Positions 9,300-18,762 of a stretch of DNA of 64,000 bases are shown here, piece after piece. A model generated the notes under the pieces. The model had not been told where the DNA came from. It saw only the letters and a program-made list of their open reading frames with translations, and made no database searches. Each line of letters starts with the position of its first letter. Within the stretch, counting starts at the first letter, position 1. The position numbers were made by a program, and so were the translations under genes. This stretch comes from Armatimonadota bacterium (GTDB lineage: Bacteria > Armatimonadota > HRBIN16): contig OY781964.1 in NCBI GenBank assembly GCA_963677485.1, forward strand, positions 3,744,001 to 3,808,000, read 5' to 3'.

Positions 9300-10280
9300 A
9301 TGCTTGGTAAGAACAAACTGGGTGCGTGCCTTCCAACGTTCGGCTCATGTGCCGACAGATACTGCCTCTCGGGGTATGGTGGGGGTGGCACCACGATGGA
9401 GGAGATGCTGGACCTAGCCACTCAGGTCAAGCAGCTTGATGGCCTTGAGATCGTGGGTAACTGGCATGTGAATGACCAAAACATCGATCTGGTGAAAAGG
9501 CTGTTCGCAGAGCGTAACCTTGAAATCAGCATGGTGGTGCCGGATCTGTGGACTCAAGCGAAGTGGGGCAAGGGTAGCCTCGCCTCCCAGGATCCACTGA
9601 TTCGCAAGGCGGCGGTGGCGGAAGTGAAGAAGTCGATGGACTGGGCTGCGGGGGTTGGCTGCTCGTATGTGGATGTTTGGCCCGGGCAGGACGGTTATGA
9701 CTATCCGCTTCAAGCGGACTTCACTGAGGCCTGGAAATGGATGAAAGACGGGATTGAGGATTGTGCGGCCCACCGCACCGATGTGAAGGTGCTGGTGGAG
9801 TATAAGCTCAAGGAGCCTCGCACGCATTGCTATATCAACAGTGCCGCGAAGACGATCCTGCTGATTGACGGACTGCCGAACACCGGTGTGCTGCTGGATA
9901 TCGGCCACTCGATGGCTGCGGGCGAGAACATCGCGGAAGCGGCGGCATTGCTAGATGACTACGGATGCCTTGATTATCTTCATCTGAATGATAACTACCG
10001 CGTGTGGGACGATGACATGATGTTCGCCGCGGTGAATATACCGGAGACTCTAGAGTTCATATTCTGGCTGAAGAAACTCAACTACACCGGATGGCTGACG
10101 CTGGACATCTTCCCATACCGCGAAGACAAAATACCGGTGGTGGAGAACTGCTTTGCCTGGCTGACGACGTTGATGGCGGCGGTCGAAAAGAAGGGCGTTG
10201 CCGAAATTCAGGCTGTGCTGCGATCGGCCGACGCCAACCGCAGCGTCGCGCTGGTCCGCGAATTGCTGACAGGGGGATGA
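9300..10280 (+). CDS. Xylose-isomerase-like TIM-barrel sugar isomerase
   Basis: WPGQDGYDYP, EYKLKEPR, LDIGH, HLNDNYRVWDDD and LDIFP metal-binding motifs. SD GGGAGG before ATG 9300; the ORF-track start at 9249 overlaps the kinase. Confidence 0.87.
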   Translation: MLGKNKLGACLPTFGSCADRYCLSGYGGGGTTMEEMLDLATQVKQLDGLEIVGNWHVNDQNIDLVKRLFAERNLEISMVVPDLWTQAKWGKGSLASQDPLIRKAAVAEVKKSMDWAAGVGCSYVDVWPGQDGYDYPLQADFTEAWKWMKDGIEDCAAHRTDVKVLVEYKLKEPRTHCYINSAAKTILLIDGLPNTGVLLDIGHSMAAGENIAEAAALLDDYGCLDYLHLNDNYRVWDDDMMFAAVNIPETLEFIFWLKKLNYTGWLTLDIFPYREDKIPVVENCFAWLTTLMAAVEKKGVAEIQAVLRSADANRSVALVRELLTGG

Positions 10281-10284
10281 TACG

Positions 10285-11286
10285 TTGACTCATGAAACAC
10301 GCGACCTGAGAGGCCGTGAACCCGAACAAGAGATATCGGCTGATAGGCTGCTGGCCATGTACAAAACCATGGTTAGGATCCGCCGGTTCGAAGACACCAT
10401 ACACCTGAGATTCCTGAAGGGCACACTGCCTGGAACAGTTCATCTATATCAGGGGCAGGAGGCCGTGGCGGTCGGTGTGTGCGCACATCTGAACGAACAA
10501 GATGCCGTTGCCAGCACACACAGGCCGCATGGCCACGCCATAGCTAAGGGTGTGAGTCTGCGGTCGCTGATGGCGGAGCTTTACGGCAAGGAAACGGGTT
10601 GCTGTAAGGGAAAAGGCGGGTCGATGCACGTGGGCGATGCTTCTGTGGGTATGCTGCCGGCTATCGCCATCGTGGGTGGCGGACTTACCATCGCCACAGG
10701 CTGTGGACTGGCCTTCAAGATGCAGAAGAATCACAACGTGGCAATCGCCTTTCTAGGTGATGGTGCGTCCAACGAGGGTGACTTCCATGAGGCACTGAAC
10801 ATGGCCGCGATATGGAATCTGCCGGTGGTGTTCGTGTGTGAAAACAACCTGTATGGTGCTTCCACTAGCCTAAAGCTTGTGTGCAAGCTGGAGGATATCG
10901 CCGACCGTGCAGCCAGTTACGACATGCCATCGTCGATCTGCGACGGTAATGACCTCTTCTCAGTGTATGGGGCGTTGGCTGAGGCTGTGGAACAGGCACG
11001 CTCTGGCGGCGGCCCAAGCCTGGTGGAGTGCAAGACCTACCGTATCGGCGGACACTCCCGTTCAGACGGCAACGCTTACCGTGACAAAGAAGAAGAGAAG
11101 CTCTGGTTTGAGCACGACCCCATTCGAAACTTGCAGACAAAGCTGATCAGCATGGGCGTGATGACAGAACCCGACATCGCACGCATCGATGATGAGATCG
11201 AAAAAGAGATCGAAGATGCGACGGAGTTTGCGGTGAACAGCCCGCTTCCTTTACCGGACGAGTGCTTTACGGACCTCTGGGCATAG
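10285..11286 (+). CDS. ThDP-dependent dehydrogenase E1 alpha subunit (acetoin/pyruvate dehydrogenase type)
   Basis: HLYQGQEA, STHRPHGH, GKGGSMH, GDGA..N..ENN ThDP motif, TYR..GHS. Confidence 0.93.
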   Translation: MTHETRDLRGREPEQEISADRLLAMYKTMVRIRRFEDTIHLRFLKGTLPGTVHLYQGQEAVAVGVCAHLNEQDAVASTHRPHGHAIAKGVSLRSLMAELYGKETGCCKGKGGSMHVGDASVGMLPAIAIVGGGLTIATGCGLAFKMQKNHNVAIAFLGDGASNEGDFHEALNMAAIWNLPVVFVCENNLYGASTSLKLVCKLEDIADRAASYDMPSSICDGNDLFSVYGALAEAVEQARSGGGPSLVECKTYRIGGHSRSDGNAYRDKEEEKLWFEHDPIRNLQTKLISMGVMTEPDIARIDDEIEKEIEDATEFAVNSPLPLPDECFTDLWA

Positions 11287-11298
11287 GAGAAGAGAGAT

Positions 11299-12318
11299 AT
11301 GAAAAAACTGTCATACGCCGAAGCGATACGGGAAGGCATCAAAGAGGAGATGCAGCGCGACCAGCGCGTGTTCTGCATCGGTGAAGATATTGGGGTGGAG
11401 AATGGCTTTGGTGGAGCCTTTACGGTCACCCTTGGATTGTCCGACATCTTTGGGCATGAGCGTATCCTCGATACCCCCATTTCGGAAGCAGGTCTGGCGG
11501 GGGCCGCCATCGGTGCTGCTATGATGGGCATGCGCCCCATCGCCGATGTGCAGTATTGCGATTTCCTGTTCTGCTGTATGGACCAGATGATCAATGAGGC
11601 TCCGAAGATGCGTTACATGTCCGGTGGCGGTTTTTCGGTGCCGATGGTGATGCGCGCTCCTGTGGGGGTGACCGCCCGCGGTGCCCAGCACGCCCAGAGC
11701 GTGGAGAGCTATTTCATGCACTGCCCAGGTTGGAAGATCGCCTGCCCTTCGAATGCATACGATGCGAAAGGCATACTCAAAACAGCCGTGCGGGATGACA
11801 ACCCGGTGTTGATATTTGAACACAAAAAGTTGTATGGTGCCAAAGGCATCCGCAAGGTGGAAGGCGCACTGGATGCCTCCAGTGATATCCCAGAGGAAGA
11901 CTACACCATCCCCGAAGGCAAGGCGCGGATCGTCCGAGCGGGTAAGCATGTGACCGTGTTGGCCAACCTCAGGATGGTCTACGAGGCCGGTTTCGCCGCC
12001 AGTGAACTAGCGGAAGAGGGCATTGAAGTGGAGCTCATCGACCCACGCTGGCTGGTGCCATTTGACTATGAGACGCTGTATGCCTCTGTGAAGAAGACAG
12101 GCCGACTGGTGGTAGTGCATGAAGACACCATCACGGGCGGATGGGGTGCTGAGATCGCCGCGAAGGCGATGTTCGATGTGTTCGACTATCTTGATGCGCC
12201 GGTCTGGCGTGTCGCCGCGCCAGATACCCCTGCACCCTTCTCGCCTCCATTGGAGGATGTGTATGTGCCGAGTAAGGAGCGCATCAAGCAGGCGATACGG
12301 AAGATCTGTTATCGGTGA
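11299..12318 (+). CDS. ThDP-dependent dehydrogenase E1 beta subunit
   Basis: IGEDIG, DTPISE, GMRP, AQHAQS, DAKG, EHKKLY, SVKKTGR, LDAPV.RV. Confidence 0.93.
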   Translation: MKKLSYAEAIREGIKEEMQRDQRVFCIGEDIGVENGFGGAFTVTLGLSDIFGHERILDTPISEAGLAGAAIGAAMMGMRPIADVQYCDFLFCCMDQMINEAPKMRYMSGGGFSVPMVMRAPVGVTARGAQHAQSVESYFMHCPGWKIACPSNAYDAKGILKTAVRDDNPVLIFEHKKLYGAKGIRKVEGALDASSDIPEEDYTIPEGKARIVRAGKHVTVLANLRMVYEAGFAASELAEEGIEVELIDPRWLVPFDYETLYASVKKTGRLVVVHEDTITGGWGAEIAAKAMFDVFDYLDAPVWRVAAPDTPAPFSPPLEDVYVPSKERIKQAIRKICYR

Positions 12319-12878
12319 GAACTGGTTACATCTTCGACTTTGACGGTGTGCTGGTCGATAGCATTGAAGTGCATTGGTCCAGCTTCATGCCAGCCTGTTC
12401 AGAAGTGGGTATACATGTAGACAGGGACAGACTTGTCAGATACAACGGCATCCCGGTAATCCAGCAGATTGAGCTGTTTGCAGGCCACTCCAACGTTCAG
12501 GTGAATGCAAATGCAGTATTCGATCGATATTCAGAAAACTATGCCCTGCAGTCAATAGAAGATGTGGTCATCATCGAGCCCATGTTAGGGATAATGCGTG
12601 CATTATCCCTTGCCGGTTGCTCGGTGGCCATTGCATCTAGCGGCTCACGGGAGCACATTCAGGCGATTGTAGACAAGTTTGCCATTCCATGCGAGATCAT
12701 TGTCTCGAATAACGATGTGAGCAACGGCAAGCCAGACCCCGAGATATTCCTTACCGCCGCAGCAAGGTTGGGCATCTCTCCCGAGAACTGCGTGGTGTTT
12801 GAAGACTCAGATATAGGCATTCAGGCCGCCGTGCGCGCAGGAATGGCTACCCTGCATTTCCGACAGCACGACGACTGA
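12315..12878 (+). CDS. HAD-family phosphatase (beta-phosphoglucomutase/YqaB-like)
   Basis: FDFDGVLVDS, ASS, KPDPEIF, FEDS..GI.AA..AGM. GTG start overlaps the E1b stop. Confidence 0.88.
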   Translation: MRTGYIFDFDGVLVDSIEVHWSSFMPACSEVGIHVDRDRLVRYNGIPVIQQIELFAGHSNVQVNANAVFDRYSENYALQSIEDVVIIEPMLGIMRALSLAGCSVAIASSGSREHIQAIVDKFAIPCEIIVSNNDVSNGKPDPEIFLTAAARLGISPENCVVFEDSDIGIQAAVRAGMATLHFRQHDD

Positions 12879-13062
12879 TTGGACTCTGACGCAAGGCCGC
12901 TTTACACACCCTCGTTGGAAATGGTATAACATAATCACTGCGTATCCCAACGTTTGCGTTGGGGTTCTGGTAAAAGCAATATGCCACATCCCAACAAGCA
13001 TGCTGGCAGCTTAAACCGCTAGCTGGGTCCAACTCACACATACAACGGCCAAGGGTAAGATC

Positions 13063-13557
13063 ATGAACAAGTCGAAGGTTATCACTATACTCGTATTCAT
13101 CGGGATTACAGTGACCGGGGTGTACTGGCTGATGGACATAAATCGCAGCGAGCATTATTATATATATCTCCCTGGAGGATTTGTATCCTATAGAGATGAG
13201 TATGGTGCGATATTCAAAAATATTCGCCTTCAACCGCCACCTTCAAAGAAACGGTATATAGGCCCTAATGTGGGTGGATATCACGTATATCAATCTGCCA
13301 TCGTAGGGAAGATAACACCGCATCCCAATGACCAGGATTTATCGCAGATGAATATCAGCCACGACTTATACGAAAGACGGCCCGGCTATTTCATCCTTGA
13401 TCTACGCACGAAAGAGGTGTATGGCGGTTTGAATAAGCACAACTGGATACTGAAGTTAAAATCCTACGGCATCACCGAGGAGCCGGAGTTATACGAACCC
13501 TCCTGGCGGGACGAAAAGCTGAGGCGTAATGAGCCGCAAGCCGACATTGTGGAGTAA
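13063..13557 (+). CDS. Hypothetical membrane-anchored protein (DUF3997-like) in an AT-richer segment
   Basis: N-terminal TM helix and the motif YFILD..TKEVYGGLN....KLKSYGI. Visibly lower GC than the flanks. Confidence 0.6.
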   Translation: MNKSKVITILVFIGITVTGVYWLMDINRSEHYYIYLPGGFVSYRDEYGAIFKNIRLQPPPSKKRYIGPNVGGYHVYQSAIVGKITPHPNDQDLSQMNISHDLYERRPGYFILDLRTKEVYGGLNKHNWILKLKSYGITEEPELYEPSWRDEKLRRNEPQADIVE

Positions 13558-13661
13558 TGGGAGCATTAATTACAGCAAACCCACAGGGCGTCTTGCTGAA
13601 CTGATATGCTCAGCAAGGTTTCAGAGAGTATAGCGACTATATACCTTCGACGATTAATCCA

Positions 13662-13689
13662 TTGGGGCAGCCTCTGTGGCTGCCCCCAA
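13662..13689. repeat. REP-like hairpin GGGGCAGC-N7-GCTGCCCC between convergent genes
   Basis: Same arms as the GTAG-REP at 45368. Confidence 0.5.
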
Positions 13690-13702
13690 CGGTTGCGGGT
13701 GA

Positions 13703-16700
13703 CTACTTCACAGCCAGTATCTGCACCGGCCCTAACAGCCCCGAAGAATACAGCGGCGTATCAGCCCCCAACTGGAAGTTGGATTTGGTCAACCGTTGAG
13801 CCACAGGCAGGGCGGCATCACCGATCACGCGGTTCGCCCACAGGTTCGCCACCTCGATCTCCAGCGTATTCACACCAGGTTTGATGGCTGCTCCCAGATC
13901 GGCCTGCCAGGGCTCGCACCAGGTCACGCCCAAATCCTTGCCGTTCAAGCGCACACGGGCGATGTCCTTCACCACACCCAGGCTGAGCCGCAGCTTCGAA
14001 ATCTGCGCTGGCGTCAGACCCTGGGGTAGGTTGAAACTGGTGCTGTAGGTTGCGATTCCGGAGTAGAATCTCAAGCCGGGTTCGGCACGTTTCGTCCAGT
14101 CGGTGAGCTGTTTGAACACCAGCCTGCCTTTCGACAGGTCGCCGGAAGTCCCCAGAGCAGGTGATACCCAGGCTGGATCGAACTGCACGGCCCAAGGGCC
14201 TTTAACTTCTTGCATCGGCTTATACTCATGGAAGTTAGGTTTGGCTTTCACAGTGGCTGGTGTGGCTGCCTTCTGGCGGAAGATGATGAACAACCCCTGG
14301 TATGCCTCGAAGCGCATGGGGATGACTGTCTGCTGTGCTTTGATTGAGTAACTCGGAAGCGCACTGACCTTGCCTGTGAGCGGGTCGAACAGCTCCGGTA
14401 CTTTGCCAGTGATGCGTAATGCTATCTGCATTTTGAGCAGCTTACTGGACGGGTTCGCTACGAAATAGATGTCAGTGTCCTTCGTGCGCCGATGAATCCA
14501 GTCGAGGCTGATGGTTGCGGACGGATCGAATGAGCCCCATGGGCTGCAGCCTAACGGTCCGACGATGCTGGCGGATGTCCAAGTTTTGGCATCCTGGCTG
14601 GACTGCCATGTGTCCGCATCGGTGCAGAGTTCCGTTGTCTTGCCGTTTGATAGTGTGACCACGAATTTACCGATCAACCCAGCGGGGCTGGGCTCGTTGG
14701 TGATATTGACGGCCTTCACCAGGACTGTGTTCCGTCCGGCCTTCAGCAGCTTCGAAATATCGGCGTCAGATGCTTTCTGCCAGTCTACGCTCTTCAAGCA
14801 CTCTTTGCCGTTGACCGTCAGGGTGAACTCGTTGTCTGCGGACATGCTGACCAATGCTTTCTGAACCTTGGCTTTTGCTGGCAGATCGATGGTCGATCTG
14901 AAGTAACGGGTTCCGGGTGCTGGGTATCCTGCGGCACTGCCATGCCATATCCAAGAGGCATTCGCCAGACCCGCTCGTTTGGCGGTAGAGGCATTGCCGA
15001 TATCGGTAGCCACCATATCGGGCAGGGAGTTGTCCTTCTGCATCAGCTTGTCAATCGAGAGCCCCCACACTACGCGGCCTATGCCCACGCTATGGATGCC
15101 CTTCGGTGTGCGTTTGGTACCCCATAAGGTGTTGACGAGTGCTTTCAGCTTAACCTCGGCGGACGCCCGGTTTGCCAGGCCTGGGGTGCGTGTGGGCGGT
15201 TTCCCAACCAGTGTGCCACCTGCTGCCACCAGATTCGCAATCTTCTGCAGCACTTCAGTGCTCATGGTCGAACTGTATGGGTCGGTGAGCACGAGATACC
15301 GGTAGCTCAGCCTGTCCGGCAGTGTCCACCGGCCGTTCTTGACCGAGAGGCGGGTGAGCAGCACTTCAGCATTTATGCCGTCGTAGTCGCATCCCAACGG
15401 CAACGCAGGCTTCAAACTCGCCTTGCTGGGCACATATCGGGAAGAGCCCTCGCCCACAAAGTAGGCGGCGTCGGCCACGAACTTCCCTTGCTGCAGAAGA
15501 CACTGGCAGCGTCCGATGTAGTTCAGCATCCCCTCAGCCATCGGCCACCAGGTGTAGTGACGGCTGAATATGCCATAGTCTTCCAAACCGGGCTTGTATT
15601 CAAAGGGCTGATGAACATACTTGTGTATCACCGCGGAGTTCAGACCATTGGCGAAGCAATAGTTGAGTGTTTTGCGGTAACGGTCGGGGGCGGTGACCTG
15701 CCCCAGCCAGGGGTGATAAGTCAGCGTCTCGGCTTGCACGATCTGCCGGCCGTAGATGCGTGCGCCGGAGGCGGCGGTACGCAGTGCATCGGCGAAGGGG
15801 TTTGACATCGCACTGGAGACGTTCTCTAAAGAGTTGTTGTGCGAGACCTCCGCCATTGGCAGGTCGGCGCGGCCAAAAACCTTCAGACCATCCTGGTGCG
15901 GTGAGGGATAACTACCATAACCCGATTCTGGGTTCATCATGGTGTTGGTCAGGTGCGCTCTGTGCTGGAGCTGTCCGTAGTAATCCGCCACCAAGTCCGC
16001 GATGGTGGCGCGGTAGTCGGTAAGGAACCTTTCGGTGGTCTCGCTGTCATCCACGATGCGGCGCGCCATCGCAGGGAGCATCGAAAGCAAGTCATACCCT
16101 CGGCGCTTGCGGAACTGCTCGCGGAACTCTGGCGTCCAGGTGGGCTGCTGTCCTTGGACATCGGCACCGATCTCCCAGCTATCGGTGTGGAATAGTTTCA
16201 TCACGCCCGGTGCGCTCTTTTCGGTAGCCTTGAGCATGCCCATCGCCGCGTTGTCGAACATCAGGTCAGCGCCTTTGGTGCTCAGCACATCCACCTCGTA
16301 GCCACCGCCAGCGGACATACGCGCGGGCTGTCCGATGGTGGTCCATCCGAAGCGCATGATTGTCCAGCGTCCTGAGGGTGCCTTCCAGTCCAAGTGACCG
16401 TCGGGTCGCAGATATTTGGTGAGGTCGATCACCTGGCTGCTCTTGAGGTCGTATTGTTTGTGGAATGGGTTGTTATCATCCATCGCAGCTTCCACCAGAA
16501 TGCCGCGGTTGCCAGACTTGTAGTTCCACCATTTGATGCCCTGGCGCACCGTGGGCTGGTCACCCTGACGCAGCATCTGGAACTCCGCCAGACTGACATC
16601 CGGTGAATAGGCCGATGTGATCACCAGCCGGAAGTAACGTCCAGTGGTTTCTGCGATGGAAATCTGCTTCGCCTCGCCCTGCTTCATGTTGATTTGCTTG

Positions 16701-17506
16701 ATCGATCGGAAGTTTTGGCCGTCGTCAGACACTTGAAGCTCACTCTCACGTGGGCCTCCGCCGGGCATACCCTTCAGGTATACCGACACGGCGGTTAGCG
16801 GTTGTGAATAGGCATATTGTATCCAAACGGGGCTGGTGACACTTGGCGCGCTGGAGGTTTTCCAGAAGGTGTCAGGGTCGCAGTCAGCCGCGTGGATAGC
16901 CGGCCAGTTTTCCTCTGCGCAATAACCCATGTGGGTGTTGCTGCCGACAGCGGATGCCGGCGTCAGCGCACGGGTGGCCCGCTCTGGGAAGGCGATCACG
17001 GCCACATCGTGGTAGACATCGAGCCTGTTGAAGGGCTTCGGCAGTGGTTGGCTCATGTCAGTTGAGCGATCCACTTGCAGTTCAGAGCTGACCAGCATCA
17101 TGGCCGCGTGCTCTTTATCTACCCATTTGCCGCCAAACGCCCAGCCATCCACCATACTTGCGGCGAAAGTCATGTCGGCGTTCCCCGCCAGCTTGGCGGC
17201 TTCGCCGAACCAGTCGGCCCATTCGGCACCCAGCATCGGGGGTTGAGAGGGGAGGGGCAGACCGGTTGTGTCGATGGTCTGCATATGCATCACCCCGCCG
17301 ATGCCCTTCTCGCGCATGGCCGCGATGTCCTTCGCCATGCCCTCTTTGTTGCCGTATCCGCCCTCGAACCACCAGAACACCCAGGGGCGTGCCTTCATAG
17401 GTGGTGCGGCGAACTCCTTGCTTAACAGCGAAGGTGCTGCCGATACGATGGAATTGCAGCATATGACTGCGCAGAATAGTGTAGATAGCATACGCCAGAA
17501 GGTCAT
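13703..17506 (-). CDS. Secreted GH106 alpha-L-rhamnosidase-like protein with F5/8-type (CBM32-like) insert
   Basis: Signal peptide, RPWVFWW, DIAAMREKGIGG, HTDSWE, WT..FR.RRGYDL, AASGARIYG, AET and G.DYD.IN. GH2-like C-terminus LGVVKDIARVRLNG..NTLEIEVAN.W.NR..GD..SGLLGPV. SD GAGGA before ATG 17506. Confidence 0.88.
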   Translation of the reverse strand: MTFWRMLSTLFCAVICCNSIVSAAPSLLSKEFAAPPMKARPWVFWWFEGGYGNKEGMAKDIAAMREKGIGGVMHMQTIDTTGLPLPSQPPMLGAEWADWFGEAAKLAGNADMTFAASMVDGWAFGGKWVDKEHAAMMLVSSELQVDRSTDMSQPLPKPFNRLDVYHDVAVIAFPERATRALTPASAVGSNTHMGYCAEENWPAIHAADCDPDTFWKTSSAPSVTSPVWIQYAYSQPLTAVSVYLKGMPGGGPRESELQVSDDGQNFRSIKQINMKQGEAKQISIAETTGRYFRLVITSAYSPDVSLAEFQMLRQGDQPTVRQGIKWWNYKSGNRGILVEAAMDDNNPFHKQYDLKSSQVIDLTKYLRPDGHLDWKAPSGRWTIMRFGWTTIGQPARMSAGGGYEVDVLSTKGADLMFDNAAMGMLKATEKSAPGVMKLFHTDSWEIGADVQGQQPTWTPEFREQFRKRRGYDLLSMLPAMARRIVDDSETTERFLTDYRATIADLVADYYGQLQHRAHLTNTMMNPESGYGSYPSPHQDGLKVFGRADLPMAEVSHNNSLENVSSAMSNPFADALRTAASGARIYGRQIVQAETLTYHPWLGQVTAPDRYRKTLNYCFANGLNSAVIHKYVHQPFEYKPGLEDYGIFSRHYTWWPMAEGMLNYIGRCQCLLQQGKFVADAAYFVGEGSSRYVPSKASLKPALPLGCDYDGINAEVLLTRLSVKNGRWTLPDRLSYRYLVLTDPYSSTMSTEVLQKIANLVAAGGTLVGKPPTRTPGLANRASAEVKLKALVNTLWGTKRTPKGIHSVGIGRVVWGLSIDKLMQKDNSLPDMVATDIGNASTAKRAGLANASWIWHGSAAGYPAPGTRYFRSTIDLPAKAKVQKALVSMSADNEFTLTVNGKECLKSVDWQKASDADISKLLKAGRNTVLVKAVNITNEPSPAGLIGKFVVTLSNGKTTELCTDADTWQSSQDAKTWTSASIVGPLGCSPWGSFDPSATISLDWIHRRTKDTDIYFVANPSSKLLKMQIALRITGKVPELFDPLTGKVSALPSYSIKAQQTVIPMRFEAYQGLFIIFRQKAATPATVKAKPNFHEYKPMQEVKGPWAVQFDPAWVSPALGTSGDLSKGRLVFKQLTDWTKRAEPGLRFYSGIATYSTSFNLPQGLTPAQISKLRLSLGVVKDIARVRLNGKDLGVTWCEPWQADLGAAIKPGVNTLEIEVANLWANRVIGDAALPVAQRLTKSNFQLGADTPLYSSGLLGPVQILAVK

Positions 17507-17617
17507 GTTTGTGTATCCTCTCAATGCTGATGCGTCGGTGCTACCTACCACGATACAGCCATGGCGTATGCTTGTGCAATGGTTGATTTGGCCTTTTGTT
17601 TGCACATTCTGACCAAA

Positions 17618-18541
17618 CTAACTGGCTTGTGTTGACAACCGGTTTATGATGAGCTTGCCGATCTTTCGCAGTGTCTGCTGCACATTTTGCGGAAGGTTGC
17701 GTGCGCCAAGGTGGGTTGGGCCGTCAAGCCCGCCGGGCCAGATGTAGCAGACAAGAGCGATCACATCGGGTTCCGCCATAGATGCCCGGTAGTAACTCTC
17801 TGCGATCTTGGCCATATCTTCTTTTTTGACATTTGCATCGGTCTGGTAGAACGGCAGCCATTGAGTGCTTGAGATCACCACAATCTTTTGATCGGGCCTG
17901 CTGCGTGCAGCCTTCACTCCACGCAGATCGGCCTGCCACCTGGGGTCGTGCTCAGGGTCTTTGATGTCATACCGGTCGAACCCCACCCAGTCCAATTCCT
18001 TGGGAACCATGATCTTGTCGAGTATCTTGTAGGCCTCAATCATGACCGTAGGGATACCGGGTACATACTTCTTCACGATCTTGAGAGCTTTAGTGAACTC
18101 GGCGCGCGACAGCCCGTTCCATGCGGGTTCATCGACCACATACAGTGCCGCGATATGTTGGGCGGTCAAGACCGATTTGTTGCGCTTGACGTAGTCGCTC
18201 CATAGCTTTTCAGCGTCTGGACGTAAGGTCAGCTTGGTGCCTGAGAGGGCTGTCACCTTCTCCCGCTCGAACAACAGCGGTTCGATGTGCAGCAGCGCTT
18301 TGACTTTGGCTCGCTGGAACTTCGCCAGCCGAGGGGCCAGCAGATCGTCTTTAGAGAGCACACCCATCTGCCCTATGTTGGTAAACCCCGCGACTTCGTC
18401 GATGTAGTTGGTTTTGCCTGTATGGTCATTAGGGTCGTGCCAGCCGCAGTCGATGGCTGCGAACCCGTAGTATTTTAAGCTGGGGCGAGGCTTGCGTTTC
18501 GCCAAGTCTAGATTTCGGCTGGTGGGGAGGATATTGGCCAC
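17618..18541 (-). CDS. Hypothetical protein, probable TIM-barrel glycoside-hydrolase-like fold
   Basis: Long ORF with YVVDEPAWN and DWVGFDRY. SD AAGGAG before GTG 18541. Confidence 0.6.
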   Translation of the reverse strand: MANILPTSRNLDLAKRKPRPSLKYYGFAAIDCGWHDPNDHTGKTNYIDEVAGFTNIGQMGVLSKDDLLAPRLAKFQRAKVKALLHIEPLLFEREKVTALSGTKLTLRPDAEKLWSDYVKRNKSVLTAQHIAALYVVDEPAWNGLSRAEFTKALKIVKKYVPGIPTVMIEAYKILDKIMVPKELDWVGFDRYDIKDPEHDPRWQADLRGVKAARSRPDQKIVVISSTQWLPFYQTDANVKKEDMAKIAESYYRASMAEPDVIALVCYIWPGGLDGPTHLGARNLPQNVQQTLRKIGKLIINRLSTQAS

Positions 18542-18762
18542 GTGATGCTCCTTCGGGTTGTGATCCTCGTCAAAATACTGACTACCTAACACGATACCCG
18601 CATCAAGAATGCACCGCAATAGGCACAAAACATACGGATAAAGCCGACTTCGGGTAACATCTATATGGCCATGTTGCTTTTTGGATGGTTTCCTCAACTA
18701 CTCTGAATGGCGGCATGGCTATTTCTATATCATGACGCACGCTCTTCCTGGGAGAATATGAT

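Noticed and set aside
1499-12878. Standard L-rhamnose or methionine-salvage operon
   Set aside because: No class II aldolase or mutarotase and no mtnK/mtnA/mtnB. LsrF, Rpe and E1/E2 are not part of those pathways.
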